From positions 1 through 59,724 of IMG/VR virus record IMGVR_UViG_3300027917_000050: a stretch of 59,724 bases of DNA, one strand, 5' to 3'. A program made the position numbers and the translations under genes. The notes beneath the pieces were generated by a model. That model did not search any database and was not told the origin of the DNA. It saw only the letters and a program-made list of their open reading frames with translations. The DNA comes from a virus. Lineage: Duplodnaviria > Caudoviricetes. This document shows, one piece after another, positions 10,901 to 19,261 of this stretch (position 1 is its first letter; each line of letters begins with the position of its first letter).

Positions 10901-13071
10901 AACCACTGACGGTATTCGGCCAGGACCGTTCTATTTGTGGCAACTGCATGTCGGCCCTTCGCGCTCGGAAGATATTTCTTCGTCGAGTATCCCGGTGGCC
11001 GGACAGACGGGTCCTGCAGCCACTGTCTTTCTGATATCGGTGGTTCCTGAGATGCAGGTTTGGTTTTATCTGCAGTCTTTGCCCATACCTTGAATTCGCG
11101 AGGTGTCATCTTGACGACATCCATTATTTGTGCTGTATTTCCATATGTCGTCTTGTGTGCTGTTCTCGCCTGTCCGACAGTTCTGAATCCCATCATTGCT
11201 TTGTGCTCGTCGAACTTTCCGCCTATCGACTGATCGACAACAAAAATATGATCTGATATTTCACCTTCAGGTCCATAGATTACATCGACCTGGTCACCAT
11301 CGGCACCTTCAACTCCGCGAATATATCCAACGGGATGTTTTACTTTAATTCCTGGAACCCTCTCAACTCCTTTTGGTGTTTCAATAACTCCTTCAAAACC
11401 GTGTATTTTTATTCTTCCCTTTTTATATGTTCCCGATTCGATTTGTGCCGGGGTAGGTATGACCGTCTCTTTTTGCGCGATTTCGAGATCTTTTTGATAT
11501 TTGATTTTCGCCTCTTTTTTTCTTGTAACAATATCAGTTTTTGCAAGAGCAATTCTTTCTTCTGGTCGCATTTTGGTGTCTTTGATAATGTCCTCGACAT
11601 AACCTTTTTCAGACTCTGATAAAGTTGCGACATAATCATTGAAATCTTTCTCCGTAATTTCTTTGGTCGTTTTTTCTCCAAGGAATCCTCGTTTTTGTTC
11701 TGCCTTTTTTATTACCTGCTGAGTTCTTTCCATCTCAGCCTGCGTTATCTCTCTTGTTACAGGTTCAACAATTGCGCCACCGGCATAAACAGGTCTACCC
11801 TTTTCCTCTATTGCTTTCGCAGTTTCCATGGTAGTAAGTTCTGCCTTTGCCTGAGGGCCGAATCCACCCCTTGTCGGAGGAGGTGGTTGTGGTCGAGGTG
11901 CTGCCTCTGGACCATATACTGCAGGCGCGCCAAGTTCCATTCCTGGATAAGGTGCAACCGTTTCTGATACAGGAGTACCCACTTCTGGAGCAACAGGTTG
12001 TGGGGTTTCTTTCTGAACTCTATTGATAAGATCTCTTGCCCAACTTCTCGTTCCTGGTTTTGCAGTTGTTTCTGTTTCACCTGTTAATATATCGGTAGGA
12101 CCTTCCTCGCCTGCTATCTTTCTCGCTACTTGTTTTTTTCCGACACCACCTAATGCACCAAACGGAGCAGCAACGAGACCTTCATAGATACCTTCTTTTG
12201 TTGCTTTTACAATTTTATCCCAGGTAACTTCTTCTTTTTTTGCCCATAATTCTGCAGCAAGTTCAGGATATTTCTGAACCCATTCAGTTCCAAACTCTGT
12301 GAGCGCGCCACCAGCAAGTCTCTGAAATAGAGGACCACCAAGTTTTGTAACAATGAACTCTAATTGAATTGCCTCAAGAGGTGCCTGCGCTGCAGCATTT
12401 GCAATTGCAGCAATTAACGCTCTCCTCGGATTAACACCTTCTCTTACAAGCTGCTCGTAAAATGGACCGGCAATTTGAACGCTCATCCATCCCATTGTAG
12501 CAGCCTTTCCACCTAACATATACGAAGCATATTGCGTTGCAATCTGAGGACCCATCTGATAAACGTCCTCAAGGTATTTAACGATTCCAGGCTTTGCCTC
12601 TTTTCTTTTTTGATAATCAAGATCTTCCCTTAACCAGTCACCCTGTGAAAATTTTCTTAGAGTTCCTTCCTTATCCATCTGATTTTTGAATGCATCTGAT
12701 ACTGCCTGGCCTAACTGTAGTGGTGCCTTAACAACACCCTTATATCCTTCGATTACAGGCTTAGAAAATTCTGGAAGTGTACCCTCCTTCATTCCCATTG
12801 CTCTCTCTGTTAGCCGGGCCTGTGGGAATGGTTCTGCCCCAGTTATAAATTGAAGAAATGTGCCGGGGCCGGGTGGCAATGCACCAATGACCTTCTTGAC
12901 AGGACCCTGTTCCATATATTTTTGTTCCGGTGTCTTCGGTGCAGGTTGCTCCCATTCAATATCCTGGTTATCACCCTGGGTATCATCCCATTGGATATTC
13001 GAATCCTGTGCAGCTTGTGGTGCTGCCGGAGATTGGATTTCGTCATCCCATTCTATTGGATTATTTGGCAT
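1903..13071 (-). CDS. Large polyvalent virion (ejected) protein: InPase + zincin metallopeptidase + putative HhH-like + GNAT-like + EIQSDW domain + C-terminal LPD38
   Basis: Likely start MPNNPIEWDD at 13071. Motifs: YKKGRIKIHG..ETPKG..GYIRG..GADGDQVDV..FDEHK (InPase); HEIIH..HEFMAE (zincin); LAVTSP..NDRWM..QSSIW; GLGSVLL..GARTLDCFDPYL..YYGMFGW; GGENYRE..EIQSDW; RYKELEDFEK..RIPKPFETG (LPD38). Confidence 0.85.
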   Translation of the reverse strand: MPNNPIEWDDEIQSPAAPQAAQDSNIQWDDTQGDNQDIEWEQPAPKTPEQKYMEQGPVKKVIGALPPGPGTFLQFITGAEPFPQARLTERAMGMKEGTLPEFSKPVIEGYKGVVKAPLQLGQAVSDAFKNQMDKEGTLRKFSQGDWLREDLDYQKRKEAKPGIVKYLEDVYQMGPQIATQYASYMLGGKAATMGWMSVQIAGPFYEQLVREGVNPRRALIAAIANAAAQAPLEAIQLEFIVTKLGGPLFQRLAGGALTEFGTEWVQKYPELAAELWAKKEEVTWDKIVKATKEGIYEGLVAAPFGALGGVGKKQVARKIAGEEGPTDILTGETETTAKPGTRSWARDLINRVQKETPQPVAPEVGTPVSETVAPYPGMELGAPAVYGPEAAPRPQPPPPTRGGFGPQAKAELTTMETAKAIEEKGRPVYAGGAIVEPVTREITQAEMERTQQVIKKAEQKRGFLGEKTTKEITEKDFNDYVATLSESEKGYVEDIIKDTKMRPEERIALAKTDIVTRKKEAKIKYQKDLEIAQKETVIPTPAQIESGTYKKGRIKIHGFEGVIETPKGVERVPGIKVKHPVGYIRGVEGADGDQVDVIYGPEGEISDHIFVVDQSIGGKFDEHKAMMGFRTVGQARTAHKTTYGNTAQIMDVVKMTPREFKVWAKTADKTKPASQEPPISERQWLQDPSVRPPGYSTKKYLPSAKGRHAVATNRTVLAEYRQWLRNMGYSRPSPTQKQEAPIRPKKKDTRSLPTRALSKHIMDIQANIRKKEALLPESKKTKGEIMTAKDEDFQDHTDLNKEQKLTMWLAKVFGVDLSFYVGPRMGGSGVFVEGPNTISIHAETDKPYTFVLMHEIIHNMEAEDPKTWNELNRYLWSVKNDIEFGLFADAINESLPPNKQLPLNPFLKRNQNKHTVWHEFMAEGIAHRVFSEEFWNKLQKRNPSLFSRFVAYITKVFNKIKEKMSATRTQNLAYFKDFEGKTMDEITKALTAFAERKVRAKQIQAYESIVAAAMRYKGKIYTGVTHAEAFQKIEDEYGEKINWNQIEDDGFLTNKGKFISRDEAQLVAAWADQIQDIDQERGYLVSEALRQRKDVVIPRKELIQQKDIKIKDKDLKPGKLPERTNKKISRALATEQKYTLKDIAKLRLSNKWPKFVNTEKEYSEMALKAAEANIKHKTWMENHNQLLMDTLGDDWQIFNAILAVTSPMAPINQNAGWAAQTYLYLLGLRDKPGAMFPNDLIKTKLNEWLAGKFAENMGKSENQKVQEWTRALLGDPNATTNDRWMYRAFFGEYTKKGDIQFTTMENVAARHMLTRVAKRLSGLGKEKWTISQVQSSIWAYIKSRIEGWDLKKQEDYFTAMNTKLKMLGNMSAVEYLESKVDPSLLKQGPLMELLDLKTIEFSPISELEKKRLYHIGEHGPEISKVDKPEDLKRYISELKKSKYSYVLTIPTYEELKRAVDRGAEVYMTDDRSAGYVIDDGDLQKLFSNSEIPGLGSVLLMDAMAKGARTLDCFDPYLPAYYGMFGWEETERSKFNPEYAPDNWPKSAGTPDVVFMKLNDSIYKELQNVKSERKKIQIIRERIGGFKNNWERITPHVERVSVQVGAKVTGKAGESVRIGVDQETRIRNTEELARSGLEKVGELIQQRDIVIPNEDIMEITEADEIRPAWYSDFKNYVDSKQFRDNIGKGGASAKKIKMLLTQAMRSKAKPFREEEWEWSSIGTWLDTVDDDVRLTVQDVLNAYDEYAIQFVEKWRMDSVSGESLSEEDYEERFSDWLKENFWDSAYDSELENYEIFDVPDIEDIHKTGLWGGNFTESDKDVIDKVFFDFSFDQLKWFSKKYTEKFGERIPDDLIAENGELYKKVENDLITHREYLDLLNKHIKENYPNFYKFLSDWEGGLDNPILSIYSTEWNNLQYAGPSDYSGSDWFPHGGGVRDFSYSWLNEDAEDVIQRSAEQALEGYDWAEYYYDFRDQFEESTGYSKTPPTGTLVEGEPESLKDVERFPVKWKSKSYNIPGGENYREVQVMIKSPTHAGEAKLKELKHGFQEVYNKFSTALGLRRELYMQADQLITLGKYEEIGNMIEFYKYEDSIKKELSRPKDRELRVKYADKVFDLTENMLEEDLKILNEYKKKYEKEGTVFWKVYTKPGSVNVADTGDAWGEFSTREKAEAWIARRGKSRKDQYIIKKEIEPSSLLPDPSILWDRYASTVMGVQSGFMDKILALNEASSEVKIVERPKTGWRNSTHWGDDVDVVYWIRFDTRYEKTKTGQKKILYIQEIQSDWIQQGSSKGFAKDYKIGKKGKAKKTTYREMVERYKNRNLADAVFYSIEKNTEYLRMYKDNEITKEEFDRLTKLYKRYSEPKRKTPVDQNEELWVVMRGNKILSASPIESFSKKSSDKFVIFDKSGQPVKDKYGTDRYREKEFDKERDAMIYIQSEIQPIPTSPLIERYFIQAYRRMVRYAAESGHDMIGMTTGQQQVDRWNGLLQSIGHVVYNEESKKLKAYSTGGELITEYENVNPTDLRDYMGKTSADKLLNSEKQKNGDQRLNDIKIGGQFLRKFYDKIMPRSINKIFNKKSWGNAELRAWEHTTTPSGEILPQSPYYDMILKERPSGQQIVKTRLYDLDSAGGNLLLEFRSIANVFIDGMASREAIGLEELNKRNRDVLNARNGVNALDDEMTSLIYEFKSADIGYTSYQELGRRINDIESRAKQILRGYFKNVNKSKSGQPIRIDYYIEPLAEKFDMYLLYAKQYSDAFLEASGEFKKEKFVVEGVEEIDNINKIPDMLRNNIPVYVESRNKEAIGLINRMTDPMKNVAAAKEQGFKLYTIKPNQAISESIATWIMPITEKMRSKALTVGFPIFNTDLKSEIPAVTKKVIENKIGPAGQTMLQRIKASLDDFRRNFVTRNIDRLHPIKQWLGETKAYMLARGIPGIQSTVQAFLEHGKLRFDKSGAIITDEVNNGFLHWYDQLGNDAEKFFYWVVAKRAQSLKKENREFLFDDKDIKAILSWVGEKPTDSKYASWEDINTEFKEFNNNILDIAQRSGLIDKGFRDYMANQGYYVPFYRVLTDPETRVLFTQNKLRPKEIGAQIRKLSGSELPIGDPVENMLKNWSHLISESAHNVARRSAFNEASRRKLVAYQKEDDKGKLVDVPLVEQVSWADTVRFKKIGKEKGAPVFISKKDGMPVLQFRAAGKSIYFKVNDTELFNALGQMDVQSFDNIWSKIGGVAKMGLTYGATFGPAFRIKNFLRDTLHTFQISKGFVPLWDSIAGLWKVWTNNPDYIQFMASGMAFGGSYVREGDASGLHKYVKSIVKKEGQGALRRIISTPMDALNWWKEFGEGFENAARVQLYSRLKKKGLSHLEAAFNARDLMDFNMSGNGTAVRVLISTVPFMNARIQGLYKMGRAAVDNPTSFFTKSAMIAMASMLLWWLNKDDDRYKELEDFEKFAWYHFWIGDKHFRIPKPFETGVLFSTSVEMAGDVITGNEELNHVMDYINHAFLETLAMNPTPQAIRPIWEQVANKTFFTGRPIEPMGMKYREPGERFDPWNSETLRFAGQAINVSPKRMEHLVRGYLSVFGSFILGLSDIMVRSIADIDRPTKRLDDYPFIGAFVREADNPRYTKYMSSFFDALNEARKVTAQLNAYNREGDFKKAQEYARKKQSEIRMAPRLNMTYKQISDISTEMKRTWTNPNMTPDQKKAHIDKLTNMRNRLVKQVYDQILRRK

Positions 13072-14263
13072 AAGGTGTTCCGTCCTCGTATACAGTCCTT
13101 CCATCTGCAAGTTGAAATACCCGTCTTCCAGTTTTTTTGTCCGTTCCCTGCCTTACAACATTTTGATTTCCAGTGGAAGCCGGTGGATTATATTGTGGTC
13201 CACTTGTGGGCTGCTTTTTATTTTGTGGTCCACTTTCTTCAGATTTTTTCATTTGTGCTAATGAATCTAAAAGATTATTTATATTTTCAATATACTCCTG
13301 GACCTTATATTGCATATATTCTGACGAGGAATTAAAATATTCCCCGGTATCTCCCATCATTGGTTTTGCGTTTTGTTTTTCAAGTTCATCCCACATTTTC
13401 TGTGCATCGTCAGCAACCTTTCCTATCCTCTGTTGTGAAAGAAAGTTCTGCTTTGCATCTGCAGCATAGGACCAGTCTCCAGTTTCATAGGCATTAAAAA
13501 GTGCCTGAGTATCTGCATCTTTGAAATCCTTTTTAAGTTTTGAAATGATTTCTCTTTGATTCTCAAAACCCTGCCTGAGAAGATTATTAAATATTTGATC
13601 AGTTTCTTGTTCGGTTGGATATCGTCCATTTTCATTATAAAACTGTGCCATTGCATCATCTATAAGAGTAAATGCATGTGTCATAGGATATCGTTTGTCT
13701 ATCGGATTCGTTACATTCTTGATATCTGTAATTGCCTTTGACTGTGAAATTCTTTCCTGTGCCTGTCTTATAGGATGCGCCTCTCCCATAACCATTCCCT
13801 GATCGGTCTGCTGCCATTCAGGATAAACATACGACCTTACTTCCTGGCCGGGACCTACCTGGCCACCCGGCATTGGCATTTCACCCTGGGCAATATCTGC
13901 CTGGCCACCCTGTATATTCGTAAACGTAGGAACCGGAAGTTGATCTTCTGGAACTCCTCTTTGGCTTAAAACATTTCTTAACTCGCGAATTTGTGCCAGG
14001 TATTCCTTTATGCTTCTTCTATTTCCAGGCTGAAGTTCTGGACCCTTTGCGGTTTCACCAAGGGTATCCTGTGCAGCAACGCCTGCCGTTCCTGTAGCAG
14101 ATATATCAGACAATGGAGCAACCGGGGGTTTCGGTTGATAATGAGGTTGTCCCATAAATTGCTGATGAGATGGAATTAATCGATTGGGAACTTCCATCGT
14201 ATTCCTTGCCGGATTTAATCTCATTGCATAGTATGGGTCGTTTGGATTGTATGGAGTAACCAT
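13061..14263 (-). CDS. Putative internal virion/ejection protein (400 aa)
   Basis: AGGAGA SD; Q/P-rich helical protein directly upstream of the polyvalent protein, the usual position of podophage ejection proteins. Confidence 0.5.
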   Translation of the reverse strand: MVTPYNPNDPYYAMRLNPARNTMEVPNRLIPSHQQFMGQPHYQPKPPVAPLSDISATGTAGVAAQDTLGETAKGPELQPGNRRSIKEYLAQIRELRNVLSQRGVPEDQLPVPTFTNIQGGQADIAQGEMPMPGGQVGPGQEVRSYVYPEWQQTDQGMVMGEAHPIRQAQERISQSKAITDIKNVTNPIDKRYPMTHAFTLIDDAMAQFYNENGRYPTEQETDQIFNNLLRQGFENQREIISKLKKDFKDADTQALFNAYETGDWSYAADAKQNFLSQQRIGKVADDAQKMWDELEKQNAKPMMGDTGEYFNSSSEYMQYKVQEYIENINNLLDSLAQMKKSEESGPQNKKQPTSGPQYNPPASTGNQNVVRQGTDKKTGRRVFQLADGRTVYEDGTPYAK

Positions 14264-14274
14264 TTTAAATCTCC

Positions 14275-15108
14275 TTAAGTATATCTTTGAATAGATCTTT
14301 GAAGTTGGGTTTGATAAAGTGATGGACTTGAAGACCCTTCTCCCATCTGCTCAATCTGCATTCCTAATGGTTGCTGAGAGAATACCCCCATGGCAGCCTT
14401 ATAATCTGCAAGTGCCTTGTCCCATTGGGCAGACCAGTTTGTTTTTGCAACTTCTGCCTTTGCCTTCCATCCAATATTATATTTTTCGAGTTCATCTCTA
14501 TAGGATGCTCTCGCCTCTGCCCTCGCCTGCTGGCCTGCTGTAGCAGAAACCTGAGATACAGCACCACCAACACCTTCAAGTGCTTTATTAATAAACAATG
14601 ATCTCGCGTTCGGGTTGTCGAGTGACTTTGAAGAAATAATTGCCTGAGATGTTGAGCGTCTTATCTGGGACATCCCCGGTGCCATATACTGAGCGCGCAA
14701 TTTTTTTTCTTCACCCTTATCGTACTCAGGAGGTTTATATTCTCCAAGTTTTAATTTTTCAGGTGTCTCCAGTGTTGGTCTTTCCATTGCTGGACCACTG
14801 TATACTGCTGGCATAGGAGCACCTGCACCTCCTCCACCCTGCTGCGCTTTCCTGATATCTGCCGGGCTGCCATACCTCCAGGTATCCATTCCACCTCCAC
14901 CCTGATTGCTTACTCCACTCGTTGCCCGAACGTCTCCAGGTTGCGGATTTGGACCCCAATAGGTTCCCTGTGCATAAGTCTGCCCTGGAGTAAGATTTGT
15001 CTTAGCAGAATAAGAAGGTGTTGCGTAGTTTGTGCTTTCGACAGTTGACGTTACACCTGCAAGCCTCTGGGCAGGACTCATTTGTTCCCAAGTTAATTGA
15101 TCTGCCAT
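14275..15108 (-). CDS. Putative internal virion/ejection protein (277 aa)
   Basis: AGGAG SD; A/G/Q-rich; position between tail and polyvalent genes. Confidence 0.5.
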   Translation of the reverse strand: MADQLTWEQMSPAQRLAGVTSTVESTNYATPSYSAKTNLTPGQTYAQGTYWGPNPQPGDVRATSGVSNQGGGGMDTWRYGSPADIRKAQQGGGGAGAPMPAVYSGPAMERPTLETPEKLKLGEYKPPEYDKGEEKKLRAQYMAPGMSQIRRSTSQAIISSKSLDNPNARSLFINKALEGVGGAVSQVSATAGQQARAEARASYRDELEKYNIGWKAKAEVAKTNWSAQWDKALADYKAAMGVFSQQPLGMQIEQMGEGSSSPSLYQTQLQRSIQRYT

Positions 15109-15110
15109 TT

Positions 15111-15542
15111 TTACTCCTTTTCACCCCCACATCCATTTCTCGTTATTGTTGAACTTTGAGACCTCAATTCATGCTCCCATTCTTCAAGTGACTTAGTGCT
15201 GTATTCCTCATATCCACAATTAAGCCAATTTCGGCATAAGACTTGAGTTTTATATTTACCACCAACTTGATCGCAATTCCTTGTATTTACTGGCAATATA
15301 ACTAAAGGAAGATTGCATTCTGGACAAATAAATTTTACAAAACCTTTTGGAGGTTCGAATCTTTTTTTTGAACTTATCTTTATCTGCTCTTGACGATAGA
15401 GAACCCATTCCTTAAATTCATCTGTTGTTATTTTCATGTTCTCTATATGTGTCAAAAGAGAAAACAAATCTTGCGCTAAATCAAATCGAAATACTGCAAG
15501 ATCGATATCTAATTTTTCAAGTCGTTTTCTGCTTAAACTCAT
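15111..15542 (-). CDS. Hypothetical Zn-ribbon protein
   Basis: CPEC ... CRNWLNC; GGGGG SD. Confidence 0.55.
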   Translation of the reverse strand: MSLSRKRLEKLDIDLAVFRFDLAQDLFSLLTHIENMKITTDEFKEWVLYRQEQIKISSKKRFEPPKGFVKFICPECNLPLVILPVNTRNCDQVGGKYKTQVLCRNWLNCGYEEYSTKSLEEWEHELRSQSSTITRNGCGGEKE

Positions 15543-15551
15543 ATTTCCCCC

Positions 15552-16760
15552 TTAAGGTGGACAATTCCACTCATAGTAACTCGGTGTTCCAGCATTATAT
15601 GCTCGACAGGATGTACCCGTCGCATCGTTGTTGCAGCATGGAAATACTCCACTCCATCCTGCTCCGACAATATATTGACACTCAAAATCTACGCATTCAG
15701 ATCCACTACCACCCCTTCCAAGGCATCCTATTCCACCCGTTGCACAATTACAGGTTACAGAACCAGAGCAAAAATATGCAAGCGAATAAGATTGAGTATT
15801 TCGTTTTCCACCGACAGTTCGTGTAAAACCATCTCCGTCTGATGGACCTGGAACAACACAATTGTTATTTACAAAATCCCACTGACCAACGGTTGATCTT
15901 ACCTCAAATTCGACAGAGTCACCACAGGCATCTGTTACCGTTATCGTGGCAGTTCCGCACGAACTCGCGCCTGCATTCAAGGTATTATTTACATCATTTG
16001 TGCTTGCGTCATCTAATGTAAAATCCGTTCCACTTACAGACCACGAATATGGTGCCTTTCCTCCCTGTACACTTATTGCTGCACTTGAACTTTGCGCTAT
16101 TGTCTCTGGATAGCTATCTGTTGCCAGAGGAGGATCAGCCGGACAACAATCACTGCATTCAAAAATATTGACATTGCTATCTCCAGGGACACCAGGAAAT
16201 GCAATCATCAGCATCTCTATGGTAACCATTCCACTCTTTCCTGAGTCAACCTTAATTGTCCCTTTTACACTATTTGTTCCGATTCCTTCTGTAATTGATA
16301 CCGTAGCGTCCGGCCCATTAAATGTTACATCATATCCAAATATAGGATGCGTTCCCGTAATTTCAATGTCTCTTGTTTCACCTGGGCAATAGCATGAATC
16401 TGTGTCTGCATTAAAAACATATACACCTGAGTCTGACGGATCTTGAAGATCCCAAGAAAAATCTCCGCGAGGTCCACCTGGACCAAAATCAATTCCACCA
16501 AATGGACCATCCCATGCTTCTTCCATCTCTGGATAGTATAGAGTTGAATCGTATGGTTTCTTCATTTCAGACTGAGTGATATAATCTAACAATGCTCTTT
16601 CAATTACACTCAGTTTAGATTTTTGATAATTGAATTCAGCAAGTCTCGGATATGCATTTGTAATTGAATTCCACATTTGCTTTGCTGGAGGTGTCCTTAT
16701 AAAATCTGGATACTCCAGTTTCGATATATATGGACGCTTTCCTGTTTCGTATTGTGCCAT
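15552..16760 (-). CDS. Cys-rich virion protein with Ig-like domains
   Basis: GGKAPYSWSVSG...GTATITVTDACG Ig-like signature; 18 Cys; located in the tail module. Confidence 0.6.
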   Translation of the reverse strand: MAQYETGKRPYISKLEYPDFIRTPPAKQMWNSITNAYPRLAEFNYQKSKLSVIERALLDYITQSEMKKPYDSTLYYPEMEEAWDGPFGGIDFGPGGPRGDFSWDLQDPSDSGVYVFNADTDSCYCPGETRDIEITGTHPIFGYDVTFNGPDATVSITEGIGTNSVKGTIKVDSGKSGMVTIEMLMIAFPGVPGDSNVNIFECSDCCPADPPLATDSYPETIAQSSSAAISVQGGKAPYSWSVSGTDFTLDDASTNDVNNTLNAGASSCGTATITVTDACGDSVEFEVRSTVGQWDFVNNNCVVPGPSDGDGFTRTVGGKRNTQSYSLAYFCSGSVTCNCATGGIGCLGRGGSGSECVDFECQYIVGAGWSGVFPCCNNDATGTSCRAYNAGTPSYYEWNCPP

Positions 16761-19261
16761 TATCCAAGCTGCTCAGAAACCTCTGCAATGATACCCATAT
16801 CATAAATATAAAGCGATTCGTCGAGAGTATCATCGGTAATTGTAAACGAAATCCACGGCGTCTCTCCGGCCTTTAACAGATGCCTGTTCCTGGCCATTGT
16901 CTCACTTGCATTCTTGGCTGCCATAGAACCTGCCCCACCCTGGGTAGACGTATCCGATTCGACATCGTTTTCTTCAAGCGACCATGTGTATGTCTTTAGA
17001 TCACCCTGGACCTTTACCCTGGTCGACAGTTCAATTAGATTAATAAAGAATGGACCCTGGCTGAATTCCCATATTACCTTACTCTCTATCGCGGTTCCGT
17101 TGTCATTCGTTCCGGCATTCATCTGATACAAGAAACCAGATGTCGAACCACCTGAAATCTGAATTGAATGAAGCTGGCCGGTATCGGACGACACATCCCT
17201 GAAACAGGACATACTGTCCGCATAAACGTCCTCGTACCAGACACCGTCAGTCAAATCATAACAGAAGAATTTATTGCAGGTCGTTGCCGAATTTCCACTG
17301 ACAATTCCTATTTTTATCATGTTCTCAGTCGAATCGTATGACAACCACATCTCATTTTCATATCCATTCCGAATGCACTCGCTAAATCTCTCATCAAAAT
17401 AGTTTTGAATGTCATCTGAGATACCGGTAATAACTTTTCCGTCCGACATGAATACACCATAGTGAGACAAAAAGAAAACCATTGTCTGCGCGTTAACCTG
17501 GGTACTTGTCAGCGTTGACTTCGAACCATCGACTACGTCGACAGACTTCGCATTAAGCGTACCCAACTTTGTAGACAAAACAATTTTTCCAAATGTCGAT
17601 GGACTGTATCCTTCAAAGATAGTTACACACCCACCCTTTGTTCCAAGTTCTTCCTGAAAAACCATGATCTCGTTATAGAAATTCGCAATAGCTTTTGTGG
17701 CATTCTCGCGCCCATCACCTGGCTGCAATATCGCAAAATCCGATCCGTTCAATTTCATATGTTCGCCGGACTCTGAAACATAGATATCTCGTGGGAATTT
17801 ATCAAAAGTGTAAAGTCCTCGGTTTTTCCATGCTCCGCAGGCGTATCCAACCCGGCCAAAATCATTAATGTTAAAGTATGGCATTCCAAGTAAAGATATC
17901 ACAGTGGATGCATCAACTGTAGCATCGACTGAAATCTGATACCAGTATGCCCGGTACTTTGTGTTATTGAATTGAGTCTTTTCCTCATCAGTTGGTCTCT
18001 GCCATGCTAACCATCCTGTCTCAAGAAACTCATTTGTTCCATCAACAAGCTGAGTAAGTGTTGCCCAGGAATCTCCATCCCAATATTTAATTGTCGGATC
18101 TGCTCCGGTCGTGTTGGTGGTTGACCCAAAGTCGATATAAACTGCTTCAAGAGGATATGGAGATGCGAAGTAAAGAAAATCTGACGATGTCATTCCTCCG
18201 ATATCGACTGCATCTCCGGCATAATTATAATAGATCCCATCTGCATCGACATAATGAAATGCTTGAACCATATCGGTTTCGACACTATTCCAGACATTGT
18301 GTAGCGGAACTGTGCTCGTAGAACCTGACACATAGGTTCCGTACGTCAACTGGGAGACTTCGCAGTTTGCTATTGATCCATTGTCTGCGGTGTAAACTTT
18401 GTACCAGAATCCACACTGACCAAACATATATCTTGATTGCTCAGTTGTCCTGGACGATGCTAAAGTAGACATTGTCATTGTCCCGGTCTGGGCAAGCGGT
18501 TTTCCACCGGATGCCGTCCCGTCTGTTACTGTCAATGTTGACCATGCCGTTCCGGTCCAATAATCAACCTTCATTGTCGTTGCAGCAGCATCATTGGCAG
18601 TGTCTATTGTCCAGTTAAGGATGTTCATCGGAACCTTTGTCATGATATAAATTGCGTCAAAGTCGTTTGTATAGTCACCTATATCTATTGCTACGGTCGT
18701 CGAGGTGTCCCTGTCGATTAGCGTAAATGTTCCGTCTACACCACCTGCCGGAAAATGATCATGTGCTGCTGAATCTTTTACAATGATAAATGCTTCAATT
18801 TCCTGGTCAACGCCTGCATATATCTGGTGCTGATCAACGCCATTCGCATAAAGCATATAATCGTTCACAACACCGAACGAAGCAGGAATAGATCCACTTG
18901 ACCCGGTATGGATAACTTCCCCGAAATCACCGGTAAACTGAGTCGGAATTGTCATCGTTGTATCTTGCTTATAGAGATCATCATTTCCGTATTGGACGAA
19001 TAGTGCCTGTTCAGATCTCTTTCCTTTCGATAGCTGAAATAGATTTTTTATTGAATCTGACGAAGCATTAGTCGCGACTGTTACCAGGTTATCATAACCC
19101 TTCCTGGTTTCAAAACCTGGGTGCCAGCATCTCATATTCTGAACGAGTGACTTCTCCCCAAAAGGAATAAGCGGACGTTCACGAATCGTGACCATTCCGC
19201 CTCTCATAGGAATGACGAGAAAGTCTCCCTTAGAAGTCTTCTTTATTCGGTAGTTATCCAT
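16760..19261 (-). CDS. Tail hub/head-closure protein (P22 gp10 / tail tubular B-like)
   Basis: Start MDNYRIK with GGAGGAG SD; ~830 aa; beta-propeller-type C-terminus (VFFLSHYGVFMSDG..ISDDIQNYF..CYDLTDGVWY); follows the adaptor gene. Confidence 0.65.
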   Translation of the reverse strand: MDNYRIKKTSKGDFLVIPMRGGMVTIRERPLIPFGEKSLVQNMRCWHPGFETRKGYDNLVTVATNASSDSIKNLFQLSKGKRSEQALFVQYGNDDLYKQDTTMTIPTQFTGDFGEVIHTGSSGSIPASFGVVNDYMLYANGVDQHQIYAGVDQEIEAFIIVKDSAAHDHFPAGGVDGTFTLIDRDTSTTVAIDIGDYTNDFDAIYIMTKVPMNILNWTIDTANDAAATTMKVDYWTGTAWSTLTVTDGTASGGKPLAQTGTMTMSTLASSRTTEQSRYMFGQCGFWYKVYTADNGSIANCEVSQLTYGTYVSGSTSTVPLHNVWNSVETDMVQAFHYVDADGIYYNYAGDAVDIGGMTSSDFLYFASPYPLEAVYIDFGSTTNTTGADPTIKYWDGDSWATLTQLVDGTNEFLETGWLAWQRPTDEEKTQFNNTKYRAYWYQISVDATVDASTVISLLGMPYFNINDFGRVGYACGAWKNRGLYTFDKFPRDIYVSESGEHMKLNGSDFAILQPGDGRENATKAIANFYNEIMVFQEELGTKGGCVTIFEGYSPSTFGKIVLSTKLGTLNAKSVDVVDGSKSTLTSTQVNAQTMVFFLSHYGVFMSDGKVITGISDDIQNYFDERFSECIRNGYENEMWLSYDSTENMIKIGIVSGNSATTCNKFFCYDLTDGVWYEDVYADSMSCFRDVSSDTGQLHSIQISGGSTSGFLYQMNAGTNDNGTAIESKVIWEFSQGPFFINLIELSTRVKVQGDLKTYTWSLEENDVESDTSTQGGAGSMAAKNASETMARNRHLLKAGETPWISFTITDDTLDESLYIYDMGIIAEVSEQLG

